Made by a program: the position numbers and the translations under genes. Under the pieces are notes generated by a model, which was given only the letters and a program-made list of their open reading frames with translations, did not search any database and had not been told where the DNA came from. This document shows positions 63,701 through 64,000 of a stretch of 64,000 nucleotides of DNA, piece after piece. Location: contig NMRA01000472.1 of the NCBI GenBank assembly GCA_002633005.1, positions 32,716 through 96,715 of the forward strand. Reading direction: 5' to 3'. Position 1 is the stretch's first letter. The number at the start of each line of letters is the position of its first letter. The DNA is from Phoronis australis (lineage: Eukaryota > Animalia > Phoronida).

Positions 63701-64000
63701 TGACAGGACATGTGCCAAAGATTAAGAGCCCGAAGCCCCATTAAAAGCTGGATAGTTGGCAAGTATACCTTGTTTGGCACTTCTTGGTGAGCTGACTCGC
63801 TGGTCAAGCTGATATCGTCACCTGGTGAATGAGATACAAGAGCAATCTCAAAGTAGAGGTACCTATGTTAGCTATGGAGGTGGATTTCGAGAGGGACTTA
63901 CTTGTCACCCCACGCCCCATCCCATTCTCTCTCGTTTTCCCATGGGTTACGGACACGTACAAGTTCCACGCTGTTGCCACGAAAGTTCACAGACGTTGCA
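23402..64000 (-). CDS. CAPN: Classical calpain large subunit (protease core C-terminal part, C2-like domain, penta-EF-hand); 5' part lies outside the window
   Basis: 13 GT-AG exons splice in frame: 64000-63902, 62461-62384, 60307-60144, 56216-56053, 46646-46429 (duplicate 44224-44007), 40557-40521, 38249-38114, 33659-33601, 32842-32774, 31591-31513, 29456-29340, 26317-26259, 23428-23402. Motifs [38 protein letters not shown] and EF hands. Exact orthologue unresolved. Confidence 0.93.
23475..23672 (+). repeat. Dispersed repeat; inverted copy at 28067-28265
   Basis: attcactacttgcacacttttggcggcgctgcaaaaaatgattgtt...tgcctcgtttt matches the reverse complement of 28067-28265. Confidence 0.75.
23816..24002 (+). 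repeat. 30-bp minisatellite, about 6.2 copies (TACATGCATAGGAATACTACTGCCATATCC)
   Basis: Six head-to-tail units at 23821-24000; only the first differs, by one base. Confidence 0.97.
26259..26317 (-). CDS. Calpain exon (EF5, 59 nt)
   Basis: Acceptor tttttgtag, donor gtacgc; [19 protein letters not shown]. Confidence 0.88.
26422..26580 (+). repeat. Compound (TATG)n/(TG)n microsatellite
   Basis: Direct reading. Confidence 0.9.
26969..27035 (+). repeat. 32-bp tandem duplication
   Basis: tgctgac(a/g)ccagtcgatgtcttatgggtc(t/c)ag occurs twice. Confidence 0.85.
29340..29456 (-). CDS. Calpain exon (EF4, 117 nt)
   Basis: [38 protein letters not shown]. Confidence 0.93.
30938..31076 (-). ncRNA. Candidate Pol III type-2 element (vault-RNA-like or SINE-derived)
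   Basis: A box TGGCGCAAGTCTGG (31059-31046), B box GGTTCGAATC (30960-30951), complementary ends GGGCCC...GGGTCC, and TTTT at 30926-30923. An internal T5 run argues against function. Confidence 0.35.
31513..31591 (-). CDS. Calpain exon (EF3, 79 nt)
   Basis: [26 protein letters not shown]. Confidence 0.92.
32774..32842 (-). CDS. Calpain exon (EF2, 69 nt)
   Basis: [23 protein letters not shown]. Confidence 0.92.
32843..33600 (-). other. U12-type (minor spliceosome) GT-AG intron
   Basis: 5' splice site GTATCCTTG; branch site CCTTAAC (32860-32854) 11 nt before the exon; weak polypyrimidine tract. Confidence 0.9.
33601..33659 (-). CDS. Calpain exon (PEF domain)
   Basis: [19 protein letters not shown]; followed by a GTATCCTT donor. 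Confidence 0.9.
33715..33865 (+). repeat. Degenerate (ATACA)n pentanucleotide repeat
   Basis: acaatactacacaatacaatact...caatacaatacaatacaatac. Confidence 0.85.
38114..38249 (-). CDS. Calpain exon (EF1)
   Basis: [45 protein letters not shown]. Confidence 0.92.
40521..40557 (-). CDS. Calpain linker exon (37 nt)
   Basis: Acceptor ctcattccag, donor gtaagt; [12 protein letters not shown]. Bridges phase 2 to phase 0 as required. Confidence 0.8.
40571..41199 (-). mobile_element. 3' end of a CR1/L2-group LINE with (TAC)n tail, running into the gap
   Basis: ORF2 C-terminus [12 protein letters not shown]...HEHYTR...CTIPNCFVC (40804-41145), 3' UTR, AATAAA at 40606-40601, and (AGT)n at 40570-40593 on +. 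Confidence 0.8.
41200..41783. other. Assembly gap (584 N)
   Basis: Run of N. Confidence 1.
44007..44224 (-). CDS. Duplicate of the same calpain exon, probably the other allele
   Basis: Near-identical 218-nt exon (first codon GTG vs ATG; TFDP vs TFEP) inside the duplicated block abutting the single N at 44742. Confidence 0.6.
46429..46646 (-). CDS. Calpain exon (C2-like domain), copy 1 in transcript order
   Basis: [54 protein letters not shown]; 218 nt, phase 0 to 2. Confidence 0.9.
46900..51260 (+). mobile_element. Degenerate near-full ORF2 of a CR1/L2-group (Crack/Daphne-like) LINE, antisense in a calpain intron
   Basis: APE motifs SVNIQS, CLQETW, GGLVIYV, NIYRP, PTR, IDQIY, SEHYPI; RT motifs [38 protein letters not shown]; many stops and frameshifts. 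Confidence 0.92.
49464..51250 (+). repeat. Duplication 49464-50253 / 50464-51250 across the single N at 50463
   Basis: Near-identical LINE 3' ends on either side of the N. Confidence 0.9.
52290..54560 (+). mobile_element. Degenerate L1/Tx1-clade LINE ORF2 (RT and C-terminal Cys region)
   Basis: [60 protein letters not shown] in shifting frames. Confidence 0.88.
56053..56216 (-). CDS. Calpain exon (C2-like domain, acidic loop)
   Basis: [38 protein letters not shown]...IGYSIYK. Confidence 0.93.
58195..58625 (+). repeat. Internally repetitive element with about 280-bp periodicity
   Basis: ccgaggaccaccaaga...ggccc.ctatattg...aagggtca...tttttggccgctttc occurs twice; repeated taatata(g/a) motifs. 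Confidence 0.65.
60144..60307 (-). CDS. Calpain exon (end of protease core, start of C2-like domain)
   Basis: [22 protein letters not shown]...[16 protein letters not shown]. Confidence 0.93.
60719..60780 (+). repeat. (GT)n/(GTGTGC)n microsatellite
   Basis: Direct reading. Confidence 0.95.
60860..61200 (+). mobile_element. Penelope-like element 3' remnant (GIY-YIG C-terminus plus pseudo-LTR)
   Basis: [20 protein letters not shown] is typical of the PLE GIY-YIG end; a hammerhead-like core follows at 61138-61164. Confidence 0.6.
62384..62461 (-). CDS. Calpain exon
   Basis: [26 protein letters not shown]; acceptor tttccag, donor gtaagt. Confidence 0.92.
63902..64000 (-). CDS. Calpain exon with catalytic Asn (partial)
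   Basis: [32 protein letters not shown]; donor AA|gtaagt. Confidence 0.9.

Overview
AT-rich, repeat-dense eukaryotic DNA, probably from a marine invertebrate. The assembly looks heterozygous, with one 584-N gap and two single-N joins flanked by duplicated contig ends. Genes reconstructed by hand: (1) a four-exon, 141-aa globin on + (3682-7328) with the neuroglobin-type intron pattern B12.2/E11.0/G7.0, which the ORF track misses; (2) a tandem array of three paralogous four-transmembrane CD20/MS4A-like genes on - (13.2-19.1 kb), each with an intronless CDS; (3) the 3' two-thirds of a classical calpain on - (13 exons, 64000 to 23402), containing a U12-type intron and an exon duplicated across an assembly join. 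The rest is transposon-derived: foldback and MITE elements (Kolobok-like with a THAP remnant, AcademH-like, Harbinger-like), CR1/L2-group and L1/Tx1 LINEs, BEL/Pao and Penelope remnants, tRNA-derived Pol III elements, and mini/microsatellites. No prokaryotic or CRISPR features were found. All family assignments come from motif recognition by eye, not database searches.
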